From: Eledone cirrhosa
Lineage: Eukaryota
Assembly (NCBI GenBank): GCA_964016885.1
Contig: OZ024750.1
Location: forward strand, 35,464,001 to 35,528,000
DNA: 64,000 nt
Reading direction: 5' to 3'
Position numbers and translations under genes: made by a program. The notes below the pieces were generated by a model. It was not told the origin of the DNA. It saw nothing but the letters and a program-made list of their open reading frames with translations, and did not search any database. Within the stretch, counting starts at the first letter, position 1. Each line of letters begins with the position of its first letter. Positions 26,503-39,414 of the stretch are shown here, in pieces.

Positions 26503-26901
26503 AGAAAAAAAGAGAATCAGTGTTGCGACGAATGGAATTTATTGGACATATTACAATTGTTTCTCTGGTGACCAGCTCGAGGCACGATCGATGTGATGAT
26601 CGAACCTGACTCTGAAAATCGCAAGGTCCTCAGATATGTCTTTATTCTATGAAGCGGATTTTCCTATCTTCGTAGAATCAAGACGTATCTGAGGACCTTG
26701 CGATTTTCAGAGTCAGGTTCGATCATCACATCGATCATGCCTCGAGCTTGTTAACAGAAAAACGATTGAAATATGTCCAATAAATTCCATTCGTCGCAAC
26801 ACTGATTCTCTTTTTTTCTGTGATATCATACTCTGCTCTATGAGACCATCGAGTGTTCATACGGCCTACCGCATATGGACGCTTTAAGCATCCAACACCA
26901 A
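26499..26901. mobile_element. Fold-back mini-element with two opposed hammerheads (26545-26640 minus, core intact; 26682-26777 plus, decayed)
   Basis: Minus: GACATAT-CTGAGGA-[~63 nt]-GAA-ACAATTGT-A-ATATGTC (7-bp stem I, palindromic stem III, GUA site); arms ~155 bp. Confidence 0.85.
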
Positions 26902-27016
26902 TTATATATAGATATATATATATATGTATGTAAAAGGTAAACAGAAATAACAACATGATCAGTACAGTATATGGAAGGGATATATGAGTTTAACGTTTGA
27001 TATAGCAGGAAGAGGG

Positions 27017-27052
27017 TCTTAACGTTTCGGACGCTAGTCCTTCCTCAGAAGA
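27017..27052 (-). ncRNA. Minimal type I hammerhead ribozyme, intact core (element ~26936-27262)
   Basis: TCTT-CTGAGGA-A-GGAC-TAGC-GTCC-GAA-ACGT-T-AAGA; loopless palindromic stem III. Confidence 0.82.
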
Positions 27053-27316
27053 AAGAATGAGAAATAAGATAGATTGAGGGGATGGGCGGGATGGATTTGG
27101 AAAAGATGTGTCTTTAGATAAAAATAACAGCTCCATTCGTGTTGACATCTCTTGCAAAAATGTTGGTGCTGGCGTTTTGTGTATGATTTATTTTTTAGAA
27201 AAGTGGATGATGGATCACGTCTACCTGAAATGGAAAAAATAACGTTTTGTAAAAAGAGCTAGTGTGGAAAATGCACATTAAACGATGATGATGATATATA
27301 TATATATAGCTAGATT

Positions 27317-27384
<68 letters not shown>

Positions 27385-28377
27385 CACACATAAATCTAGC
27401 TATCTACTTACCTATATCTATAAATGTACCATCCGTCTATATATCTATCTCTATTTGTCTATCTATCTATCATCTCTCTATATTCTCTCTCTCTCTCTCT
27501 ACACACACACAAAGACACATGCTCACACATATAGAGAGATTGAGTACAATAGTAGTTGCTTGATAACTAGAAAGCTATAACATCTGTTGACATATATTTT
27601 AACAGTTATTTAGCTCCTCTTCTCATTTTTTTCTTTCAAACTTATTTCTCTTTAGTTAATTTTTTTATGATTCTATTCGTCAGTATGAAGACACTGAAAT
27701 AGGGAAAAAAGTAGAGTCGGAATAAATCTTTTATAATATTCTGTCAAATAAATTTATATCTCTGTATGGAGGCACATGGCTTAGTGGTTAGAGTATTGGC
27801 CTTGCAATCGAAAGGCTGTGAGTTCAATTCTCAAACCGGGTGATGTGTTGTTTCCTTGAGCAAGACACTTTATTTCACATTGTTCCAGTTTACTCAGCTG
27901 TAGAAATGAGATGATAGGGACTGGGGTCCCTATCATTCCACTGCAAAGTGGTCGTGGAGGTGCCACGGCAAAAAAGCACCCAGCACTCACTGTAAATGAG
28001 GTTGGTGTTAGGAAGGGCATCCAGCTGTAGAAATCTAGCCAGAATCAGTTCCCGTCCCACCCTTGCAAGCAGGGAAAAGCGGACGTAAAATGAAATGATG
28101 ATGATGATGTATCAGTAGAGGGTCGGACGCCATGCTTTGCAGCATAGAGTTACAATGTTTAAGGTCTGAATTCAAACCCCGTCGAGGTTAACTTACATCC
28201 TTATGGGGTTAATAAAATAAAGTACCAGTAATGTACTGGAGTAATTGCTAGCCTTGTGCCAAAAGTAGAAACAATTATTAGTTAGACTTCTTGTGTTAAC
28301 CAGAATACAGTCCATGTCTTATATTAACTGCGTGTCATCTTACTCTTAGGTAAGATAAAATATTTTATTAGCAGTGG

Positions 28378-29145
28378 ATGTACATATTAGGGGTTTAACT
28401 GTGGTGTTATCCCTGTTATTTTGTAAATATTAGGGATTAACCGTGATGTTTTCCCTATTGACTTGTAAATATTAGGGGTTTAATTGGTGTTATCCCTGTT
28501 GTTTTGTAAATATTAGGGGGTTAACTGTGCTGTTATCCGTGTTGTCTTGTAAATATTAGGGGTTAACTGTGATGTTATCCTTGTTGTCTTGTAAATATTA
28601 GGGGGTTAACTGTGATGTTATCCTTGTTGTCTTGTAAATATTAGGGGTTAACTGTGATGCTATCCCTGTTGTCTTGTAAATATTAGAGGGTTAACTGTGA
28701 TGTTATCCCTGTTGTTTTGTAAATATTAGGGGGTTAACTGTGGTGTTTTCCCTATTGACTTGTAAATATTAGGGGTTTAATTGGTGTTATCTCTGTTGTT
28801 TTGTAAATATTAGGGGGTTAACTGTGCTGTTATCGCTGTTGTCTTGTAAATATTAGGGATTAACTGTGATGTTTTCCCTATTGACTTGTAAATATTAGGG
28901 GTTTAATTGGTGTTATCTCTGTTGTTTTGTAAATATTAGGGGGTTAACTGTGATGTTATCCCTGTTGTTTTGTAAATATTAGGGGGTTAACTGTGCTGTT
29001 TTCTCTGTTGTCTTGTAAATATTAGGGGTTAACTGTGATGTTATCCCTGTTGTTTTGTAAATATTAGGGGGTTAACTGTGACGTTATCCCTGTTGTCTTG
29101 TATATATTTTGTGTTTAACTGGTGTTATCCCTGTTGTGTTGTAAA
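28378..29145. repeat. ~40-42-bp minisatellite containing TTAGGG(G)
   Basis: Unit GTAAATATTAGGGG(G)TTAACTGTGATGTTATCCCTGTTGTYTT, ~18 copies. Confidence 0.95.
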
Positions 29146-29466
29146 CGTTTAAATGCAATATTATACCTGCTATACAATGGGGTGTAAATATATTTATATA
29201 TATGTACCCAGTATAGAATAGATACACTATAGCCTTGCATGTTGTAAGAAGTAGCTAAAAGGGTTAATGTTAGGTTAGGTATCTGACTGTAAAACATTGC
29301 TTCAAAATATTCCATCCAAACCCATATCAGCATGGAAACATTGATATAAAAACAAGATGATGATGATGATGATGATGATGATAATACATATGTAATCTTT
29401 TTCTTGTTCTATCCTGTGAATTGTGCAGATTCCCCAGGTTAGCTTAGAAAGTATATACTGTATATA

Positions 29467-29661
29467 CCGTATATACCTGAAATTTGTGACCAAAAGTTCA
29501 ATGGTAGAAGGTGGTGTCAGCTTATATTTGAGGTCAATCTTTTGATGATTTTCACCAATTTCCAATACTACATAAATAAGGTTTGAATTTTTGACCATTT
29601 CTCAAACATAAAATTGTGGGTTTGGCTATATTCATATCAGTTTATATTTGAGTATATATGG
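29467..29661. mobile_element. Degenerate Tc1/pogo-type MITE
   Basis: Ends TA-CCGTATATAC ... GTATATATGG-TA (imperfect TIR with TA TSD). Confidence 0.55.
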
Positions 29662-30884
29662 TAAGTGAAATAGTTCTTTGAAACCCTCACTTTGAAACCT
29701 TTACTGGAATGTTGTGGGTTAGCTTTTGGCACTAAACAGTTTTTCCTAGCTCTTAGTTCCAAAGTTTGCTGCATCAAGCCTTACTTATAGTGGAAGTACA
29801 TATGTGTGATAATTCCCGGGTCTCCAGTATGGGCATCAACTTATCCTGGTCTTTTGTATCTATTGTAGTAAAATATTACAAAGCTGATAGTTGCATTCTT
29901 TAATCTTTTGTCCTAAACTTTCAACACACTGACACTTATGTGTATATGTGTGTGTGTGTGTGTGTATGTATACATTTATATCTATGAGTATATAAACATA
30001 AACGTGCAAACACAGACACGCTACCCCTTCCTTCCTTTTACACACATATACATTCATGCTGGCAGCAGATGTAAAGAGAGAGGAGTAGTATCAGGTAGTC
30101 AAACTACACCTCAATCTTAACATGTTGTGACAGAATCGCAGAAATTTATATATAGATTGAATTACATTATATTTTTATCATCCAACTTATATAAATTGTT
30201 GTTATTTCTATTGTTGACAACACGTCTGTTAATTGCTGCTAGAATGGCTATCATCTGCAAGTTTGGTGCCATTTGACAATTGCAGTTGGAATAATATTAT
30301 TACCAGCAGCTTTTCCATTTATAAAGAAATCGATTGTGCTTCCTAATTTTCTCTCAGTTGCATGAAGGCGCATGGCTTAGTGGTTAGAGCATCGGGCTTG
30401 CAATCAAAAGGTTGTGAGTTCAATTCTCAGACCGGGTGATGTGTTGTTTCCTTGAGCAAAACACTTTATTTCAGATTGCTCCAGTTTACTCAGCTGTAGA
30501 AATGAGATGATAGGGACTGGGGTCTATATCATTCCACTGCAAAGTGGTCGTGGAGGTGCCACGGCAAAAAAGCACCCAGCCCACACTGTAAAGTGGACGT
30601 GTAGGCGCCACGGCAAAAAAGCACCCAGCACTCACTGTAAATGAGGTTGGTGTTAGGAAGGGCATCCAGCTGTAGAAATCAAGCCAGAATCAGTTCCCGT
30701 CCCACCCTTGCAAGCAGGGAAAAGCGGACGTAAAATGATGATGATGATGATGATATATAATTGCAGCTATATATAAATATATATATATATATAATGTGGG
30801 TAATAATAAATATTACCCAATTACAAGTATAAAAATAGCCCAATACCAAGTATTGATTGTCATTCATATTGTATATATATATAT

Positions 30885-31480
30885 CATCATGATCATCATC
30901 GTTTAACGTCCATCTTCCACACTAGCATGGGTTAGATGGTTTTGTTCCATTTGATGCGGGAATGGTTGGGAGACCGTGTCTCGCTCGCACGGAAGTGTCT
31001 CTGGCAGGTTTTTTACACCTGGATGCCCTTCCTAACACCAACCACATTTACAGTGTGGACTGGGAGCCTTTTTACAGTGTCTTCTACACGACCACTTTAC
31101 AGTGTGTACTTGGTGCTTTTTGTTGTGCCACCGACAGTGGATGGAATTGGGAGGATGGGGTAGCATGTGTGGGGTGAGGTGGGGTGGGGTGTATATTGGG
31201 TTAAGAGGTGCCTACTGACTGTAGCTTTAAGTTTGTATGCAAGGGAAGGTGGGTATAACTGCATAGCGCCAAAGATCTCGATCCAGTAACATTGTCTTAG
31301 AGAGGTGTAAGTGAGCAAGGTCAGTTCTTATCACCTCGTCCCAGGTTTTTCTTGGTCTACCCACTCCGTAGCTTCCATCAATTTTGATTGCTCTGCACTT
31401 TTTTTATACAGCTGTCGTCCTTTATACGCATCACATGGCCATACCAAAGCAATCTTCTCTCCAGAACACATTTGATACCT
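30885..31480 (-). mobile_element. RTE subfamily B 3' fragment
   Basis: Matches the C-terminus and 3' UTR of 56701-59315; further 3' UTR fragments at 36701-37082, 37967-38399, 48795-48885, 50547-50758, 63615-64000. Confidence 0.9.
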
Positions 31481-31785
31481 AAATATGTCTCATAGGATAA
31501 AGACGTAGTTTAGTGTGTGATAGAGAGTGTAAGACAGAGCAGACTAAAGGAAGATGGGTGGCGCGTTAGGTGAGGAGGAAGAAAGGTTTTATATATATAT
31601 ATATATGAAAATGTTTAACTCCGACGGCAGAGCTCAAGCCGTTTCTAGTCCAGAAATAGCCGTCAAAACGGCTTGAGCTCTGCCGCCGTGGTTAAACATT
31701 TTCCTATTACGCACTCTACTACCCTAAGTATTGAGTACTCTGGTGCGTTATGGTCCATCTGGTTCCTTACCACACTTCCTTCGTT

Positions 31786-31830
<45 letters not shown>

Positions 31831-33312
31831 ATATATATATATGTATCTGTGCATATATGTGTGTGTGTGTAGATATTTGTGTGTGTATATATATGTATCT
31901 GTGCATATATGTGTGTGTGTGTGTATATATGTGTGTGTGTGTGTGTATAAATGTGTATGTATCTGTGTGTATATGTGTATGGCCATAAGAATAAGCTTAT
32001 ACTTTTAGATGACAGGGTGGAAAAGAGAATTACATTAATGTGAAACTTCTAAATAAAGAATACAATATAAAGCTGATAAATAGAAGCAATATAGGGTATG
32101 TACATAGTACATGTGTAATATAGTGTATGTATATAGTAGGGTTGTAATATAGTATGTACATAGAAGGGTTGTAATATAGTGTATGTATATAGTAAGGTTT
32201 TAAAAGCGTTTTGTATGAGCAAGAAATGGTCATCTGACGTAATTTGCTTTGGATGGGACAACACGTCTAACCCATGCTAGCGTGGAGAATGAACGTTAAA
32301 CGGTGATGTTGATGATGATGATGACAGCTAACTAAAATCTAAAGCAATGCAGGGTTTATGTTATATACAACATTTCTGGTTTGTATGATGGAGTTATAAA
32401 GGAAAAGCATTAAGATAAATATTTAATGTCAATTTTATAGAATAGGCAATGGAGAGAAAGAGGAGGGAGAAAGAGAGGGTGGGAGAGTATGAGAGAAAAT
32501 GAGATGAGGGGGGAGTGAAAGAGAGAGAAAGGGTGAAAGAGAGATAGAGAGAGAGTGAGAAAAAGGGAGAGAAAGAAAGAAGAGTGAGAGAAAGAGTGAA
32601 AGAGAGGTAGGGAGAGAGATAAAATGAGAGAATTAGAGAGAGATGAACCAATGTATGAGAAATTTAATATTTATTAGACAAAGTTTAGTTGTTTTTCTCT
32701 TTTTAACAAGAATGAAGTATGAAAGTAGTTAAGTAGTCATATATTTGATATTATAGTGACTTACTTCTACAGATTTCAGTCTAATTAATCATGAAATATT
32801 TTAATATAGGTTACTATTAAATGTGTCACAAATCTATTTAATAAATAAAGTGCTTAGAGTGAAATAAATGGCTGTTTAAAACTATCATAATTCAGATATG
32901 GTAAGTTGTTAATACAATTAGGATTATAATGTGGAAAGTGATTTATATAAGAAGACTAAAATAATGCAGGAGAGTAAGATGAAGACAACGATTAAGTTAC
33001 CTGGTAATCTTTGTTTTCTGCTTGTTTCTTTCGTCCTAATATTGCAGGACTTAATATTCTTATAACTTAATATATAACTTATTTAATGTATGATATAGAA
33101 ATTATAGGGTTACTATATTTGAGCATTGATTAAACTTTCTAATCATTTTAATATATAATAAAATGTTGTTTGCTTGAAGCATTGTATATAATATATAATG
33201 TGGAAAGTGATATATGTAAGAAGGCTAAAACAATACAAAATGGAAGGTAAGGTGAAGGTAATGGAAAAGTTAGTTACCTGGTAATCTTTGGTTTTTGTTG
33301 TTGCTTCTTTTG

Positions 33313-33348
33313 TCCTTATATTTCGGAACTTAAAATTCCCTTCGTCAG
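33313..33348 (-). ncRNA. Hammerhead core, 5' stem I strand disrupted
   Basis: CTGACGA-A-GGGAA-TTTTAAG-TTCC-GAA-ATAT-A-AGGA; lies in one of two diverged copies (32926-33062, 33196-33348). Confidence 0.6.
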
Positions 33349-35228
33349 AATATAAGGAACTCTCACAGAAAAATTATCTTAGTCACTAGATAAATTGTGT
33401 TTATTTAAACATTTTTTTTTTTGTATCTTAGGAAACTGAGATATATGTACTCTTAACCTTAACCATTCCAGGATTTCTTAGAAAAGGTAATTTGGATAAT
33501 TGTGGGGAGCTTATGTAGCTAGTAGTAAAGTGATCTCTAGCATAATTGAACCACCATCATTACCTCCAATATCACCACCATCACTCGCAACACCATTAAC
33601 GCTATCACCACCACCATCACGACTACACTCTACCACCACCACCATAACTAAACCAACTCTTGCAATTTTCGCCATCTTCAATTTGACATTTGTATCATCC
33701 CTTATCTTGGGTCATGGTTAAAAGAATATAATCGCAAATAAAAGCGGCTGAAATGGGGTTCCTTTTAAGTTGTTTTGGAATAATGTTACTTGATAGAGTG
33801 CCTAGCTCAGAGACCAGAGAGTCACTCCAGGTCTTATGGATATGTGGTTAGAATCTCTCAGGAAAGAATCGCTGGACAGATTTTACGGGTAAGAGACCCA
33901 AGTATAGAGCAAGAGACCCAAATAAGAGACCCCGAGCAAGATGGTTGGATAACATCCAAGTGCTCGATTGGTCTCACTTAGGGATCCAGCTGGATCAATT
34001 GGAGACAGTTGCTCCTGATAGGATTCGCTTGAAGGAGTGTTTGAGGACTCTTCCCCCGTGACCCTTCCATAAATAAGTGGGCAATGAAGGAGCAGAAGAA
34101 CTATATAAAAATAATTACATTGACTAAATGATTAGGTTAACATAAAGGTGGAAAGAACCTAATTTAAAACAAATGTTTGTGTTTGTTGTTATTGTTGTTT
34201 AACCCCTGAGGAGCACCCATTTAATAGACCTCAAATTACAACCACCCCAGTATTTTATTCTTCGAGTCACTGAGTGTCATTTGAAATAGATTTGGCGGCT
34301 ATTTCATGCAAACTAAGCGACTCCATAGCAGTTCCTTCATTGATAGTTTTATAGGAAAGTGTTGTTAGACGATTTTAGTAAGAAACAGTAAAGAAAATAG
34401 TAAAAACATTATTGTAACACTGTTTACGTGTTACCAGAAACTATCCAACTATACAGTCGATAAAAACATTTCTCTATATCTTGATATTTATTTTTCATTT
34501 ACTATTGTATCTAGTGTTTGGAAATGTTGAAATGAAAGGTTCTCACGCGTATACAGATTCAACTTTATATAACCATTAAAAAGTATGTGTACGTATATAT
34601 ATAATTGTGTATGCGTGTGTATATATTAAAAGATAACACTGTGCGTATAACTTGATATCAATATAATCTTCTTTGCATACAACAAAATCGTGCAAAGAAG
34701 AATGGAAGTTATGCAGCCAGTAGAAACTGTTTAAGCATGCATGTATAAATGGTAACTTTTCAGTCACATCAGTTGATATAGATTAGAAGCTTTTCTATAT
34801 CTTCATTGATTCATATATATATATATATATTTTAAATCATTTCTTTGCGAACATGATCAGCTAGTATAAACCTCTTTTGAGGTGCTAAATTGAAGTAATA
34901 TTCAAGTTATTATATTAACTATAGCTTTAATTTCACCTGTATTTAGTTCTAATGGTAGGAAATATATTGTAAGAACTGAACATAACCTCACATTTCAATG
35001 AAATCTAGTTTACAAATCACAGATATCTCTCTATATATTTACAACACACAGAAACCTATTAATAGTATAACTTCATTCAGTTTACAATCATCTTTATCAG
35101 AGGGTGTATTAATTACATTCTTAAGCTCAGCATATTGTGTTTTGTAACTGATGAAATATTTACTATTATATTCGGGGAGGGGGATGTTGTTATAATATTG
35201 CCAGAAATCTATCTATCTATCTATCTAT

Positions 35229-35869
35229 GTGGAGTTGAGGGTTGTTCTATCGACGGGGTATTAAACAACCCATTTGTGGCACCTCCCCGCTATTGGGGAT
35301 TTCGATTGTTGTAATTGTTTGTTTTTATATTTTTTACACGACTGTATGTAAAATCCCCGGCATGTCTTTGTTTTGTCCCCTTTTCTTGTTGCGCCCTTGT
35401 GGCTAATAAAGAAATCTATATATCTATATATCTATTTATCTATCTTTTTTTCAAATACCACTTTGGAAGAAGAATCAGGATGGAGAGAGAGGTGCTGTAC
35501 CCCAGCAAGTTTTATGAAAGGTGGGTGAAAGTGGCGAGAATGGCCCGAGTGAATGGGCCTTCTCTCTATATCAGCCTGTAGGTTGAGGAAAAGGAGGAGG
35601 AGAGGAAAGGAGTACAAACTCTTCGTACTCCTGGAGATGAGGGTTGCACATTTTTTGGGGGGTATGTGTTACCCATATGTAATGTCTCCCCCTATTGGGG
35701 AAAATCGACTAATTTTTTAAATTGCACTTGTGATAACATTTTACACGTTTTTATTGTATGTAAACTTCCCCCTTTGTATTTGTCCCCTTCTTTTGTGCCC
35801 CTGTGGCTAATAAAGAAACATATCTATCTACCTATTTACCTTATCTATATATGTATCTGTTCAATTTAA

Positions 35870-35900
<31 letters not shown>

Positions 35901-36032
35901 CCTATCTATTTATCTACCTATCTATTTATCTAAATTGCACTTGTGATAACATTTTACACGTTTTTATTGTATGTAAACTTCCCCCTTTGTATTTGTCCCC
36001 TTCTTTTGTACCCCTGTGGCTAATAAAGAAAC
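35229..36032 (+). mobile_element. Three tandem 3' ends of an L1/Tx1-like LINE embedded in (CTAT)n
   Basis: FFKYHFGRRIRMEREVLYPSKFYERWVKVARM... C-terminus; each piece ends TTTGTCCCCTT...TGTGGCTAATAAAGAAA followed by (CTAT)n. Confidence 0.7.
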
Positions 36033-36048
36033 ATATCTATATCTATCA

Positions 36049-36090
<42 letters not shown>

Positions 36091-36394
36091 TTATCTATCT
36101 ATCTATATACTACTAAACCTCTGTGGTTGTATGCTTGTCTGTAATTTTATACAACCAAAACAGGGCATAATGGGAAAATACTTTGAAAGGAAGTTGCCTC
36201 TGAAATGGAAATACAAACGAAATAAAATAAGTTTCACGTAAATTGGAACATGGGTTCCTGAGATACGGGGTTTTTCTGGGTACCTTCATAAATAGAGGGG
36301 GAGAGAGAGAGAGAGAGAGAGAGAAGGAAAATGGAAGAAAAAGAGAACTGGTGGGGTTGTTGAATGAAATTGTAACCGGTGATTTCAGAGAATC

Positions 36395-36465
<71 letters not shown>

Positions 36466-36470
<5 letters not shown>

Positions 36471-36698
36471 TAAAATAACAGATTAAAGTATAAGCAAAGA
36501 ATCGCTGCTTTCACCCTTAACGGGATCTTCTGTTAGTTTCAGAAGATCCCGTTAAGAGTGAAAGCAGCGATTCTTTGCTTAAACTTTAATCTGTTATTTT
36601 AATAAATATTTGCTCTACGGTTCTTATATATTTGATATATATTTATCCTTATCGAGCCCTCTTTGGATTTAAGTCTTCAAATTTATTATTATTACTAT
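36466..36698. mobile_element. Fold-back mini-element with HHR-like motif (36535-36585, core CAGAAGA)
   Basis: AGTTT-CAGAAGA-T-CCC-GTTAA-GRG-T-GAA-AGCA-loop-TGCT-T-AAACT; ~67-bp inverted arms; a rearranged fragment at 49208-49300. Confidence 0.75.
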
Positions 36699-37182
36699 AT
36701 ATCATCATCATCATCATCATCGTTTAACGTCCGTGTTCCACGCTTGCATGGGTTTGGACGGGGGTTTTCCCACTTGAGGCAAGAGTGATTATCTTGCTCG
36801 CATAGGACTATCTGGCGAGTTTTCTACAGCTGGATGCCCTTCCTAACACCAACCACATTTACAGTGTGGGGCTGGGAGGTTTTTACCGTGTTGCCTACAC
36901 GGCCACATTACAGCGTGAACTGTGTGTTTTTTGACGTGACACCTACACGATCTCATTTGTTTTGGCCTGGATGTTGTGGCACCAACATAACTTTACATTG
37001 AAAGGGGTGGTGTGGATGGGGTGGGGGTAGTGGGACGAGGGTGTATTTTGTTAGAGATGCCTACTGACTGTAGTAGGTTTTACATATATATATATATATA
37101 TATATTTGATTCTCTATATATCCCAAGGCTCTGATACCATCAACACTATACACACAGAGCTGGCATATCTAAGAACTGACTA

Positions 37183-37238
37183 ACTGCCTGATGAGGGCAT
37201 AGCCATTCAATGGCTATCATCGAAATATATATAGCAGT
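37183..37238 (+). ncRNA. Minimal type I hammerhead ribozyme (element ~37106-37283 between TA tracts)
   Basis: ACTGC-CTGATGA-GGGC-ATAGCCA-TTCAA-TGGCTAT-CATC-GAA-ATATATAT-A-GCAGT then AATAAA. Confidence 0.82.
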
Positions 37239-37673
37239 AAATAAAGGATTATGAGTTCATGCAATTGACTTATGTTTCGTCACTATATATATATATATAT
37301 ATATATAGAATTTAGTATATCTACTAACATATGCGTACAGATGTACACTAATGCTAGCAAATACATAAGTTATGTCATAGTACCTAGGTGGTTCAATGCA
37401 GGAGGATGCAGAACAATAATATGGAAGACGTAAAATAAGAAAATATTATTCTTAAATAAGAAAATTATATATATATATATATACATAATTGTTTCTACTT
37501 TAGGCACAAGGCCAGCAATTACCCAGTGCATTACTGCTACTTTATTTTATCGACCCCGTAAGGATGAAAGGCAAAGTCAACCTTGGCAGGATTTGAATTC
37601 AGATCGTAAAGGGACGTAACTATGCCGGAAAGCATGGCGTCCGACCCTCTACCGATACTGCCAATCCACCGCC

Positions 37674-37719
<46 letters not shown>

Positions 37720-37754
37720 ATATAATAAAATATATTTATATATATATATATACA

Positions 37755-37887
37755 TAATAAAATAAAACAAGGATGAGTGGTTACTCCTTTATTACATTTA
37801 ATGGTAGGTGACGCACGTTTCATCACCAATCAGCTCAAGGTTCGATCTGTATCGATCTTACCCGACTCTGTAATCAACTGCTCGACT
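37755..37887 (-). mobile_element. Truncated copy of the 61670-62195 HHR family
   Basis: Minus: GTCGA-GCAGTTGAT...GAGTCGGG...GATCGA...GATCGAACCTTGAGCTGATTGGTGAT-GAA-ACGTGCGT-C-ACCT. Confidence 0.8.
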
Positions 37888-39414
37888 ATGGTCAAATTAC
37901 TTTATATAATGACACAATAAATTAATTAAGGACACCAAAATTAAACAATTAAATCTACATATACATATCATCATCATCATCATCGTTTAACGTCCATCTT
38001 CCACGCTAGCATTGGTTAGACAGTTTTGTTCCATTTGATGCAGGAATGTTCGGGAGAACGCGCTTCGCTCGTACGGAAGTGTCTCTGGCAGGTTTTCTTT
38101 ACAGCTGGATGCCCTTCCTAACACCAACCAGATTTACAGTGTGGACTGGGAGCCTTTTTACTGTGGCGCCTACACGACCACCTGACAGTGTGGACTGTTG
38201 TGTCATCGACACAGTGGAGGGAACGGGAAAGGGACGATGGGGTAGGGTGTGGGTGTGGAGCGTACATTGGGTTAAGAGGTGCTTCCTGACTAGGTTTGTA
38301 TGCAAGGGCAGTTGGGTCTTCTGTACAACTGCTTAGCGCCAAAGATCTTGAACCAGTGTCATTGTCTTAGAGAGGTGTAAGTGAGCAAGGTCAGTTTATA
38401 TAAACTGACCTTGCTCACTTACACCTCTCTAAGACAATGACACTGGTTCAAGATCTTTGGCGCTATATATATATGGAGGCACATGGCTTAGTGGTTAGAG
38501 CATAGGCCTTGCAATTGAAAGGTTGTGAGTTCAATTCTCAGACCGGGTGATGTGTTGTTTCCTTGAGCAAGACACTTTATTTCACATTGCTCCATTGTAG
38601 AAATGAAATGATAGGGACTGGGGTCCCTATCATTCCACTGTAAAGTGGACGTGTAGGCACCACGGCAAAAAAGCACCCAGCACTCACTGTAAATGAGGTT
38701 GGTGTTCAGAAGGGCATCCAGCTGTAGAAATCAAGCCAGAATCAGTTCCCGTCCCACCCTTGCAAGCAGGGAAAAAGCGGATGTAAAATGAAATGATGAT
38801 GATGATGATATATATATATATATATATATACTAATAAAGCTGATGGCCGTATGTGTGTAACAAACTTTTCACCAAACGGCACCAGATTCCCACCATTGAT
38901 GTAACGTTTTCTAAGTAAGAAAGAGCGGGTATTTTTGTCTACTAAATTTTGTTAAAAGATTAAAGATATTATTTAAATATTCACTTCTTTAAAGTTTTCA
39001 AATGTCAACACTTCCGGTTATATGACATTACTCTCTCTTTCTTAGTCTGTCTTTTTAGATAGATACATAGCTAGCTATAACGTCGCGCCCTTATATCTCT
39101 TTGTATGTCTGTCTGTCTGCATTATGAAAACCATTCTATACATTGACTTTGCTATCTGTGCGTGTGTGTGTATATATGTATATATAGTGTGTGTATATAT
39201 ATATATATAGTGTGTGTATATAAATATATATATATATACACACACGATATATATATATGTATATATATACACACAGTATATATACACACTATATATATAT
39301 ATATATATATATCGTGTGTATATATATATATATAGTGTTAGTATCATAAATAATTGACAGTTTAATTTGTACATTTTATTACAGCATTCCTTTATACGTA
39401 TATATACGTATAAA

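Noticed and set aside
28378-29145. Interstitial telomere
   Set aside because: A single TTAGGG(G) per ~41-bp unit, not tandem hexamers.
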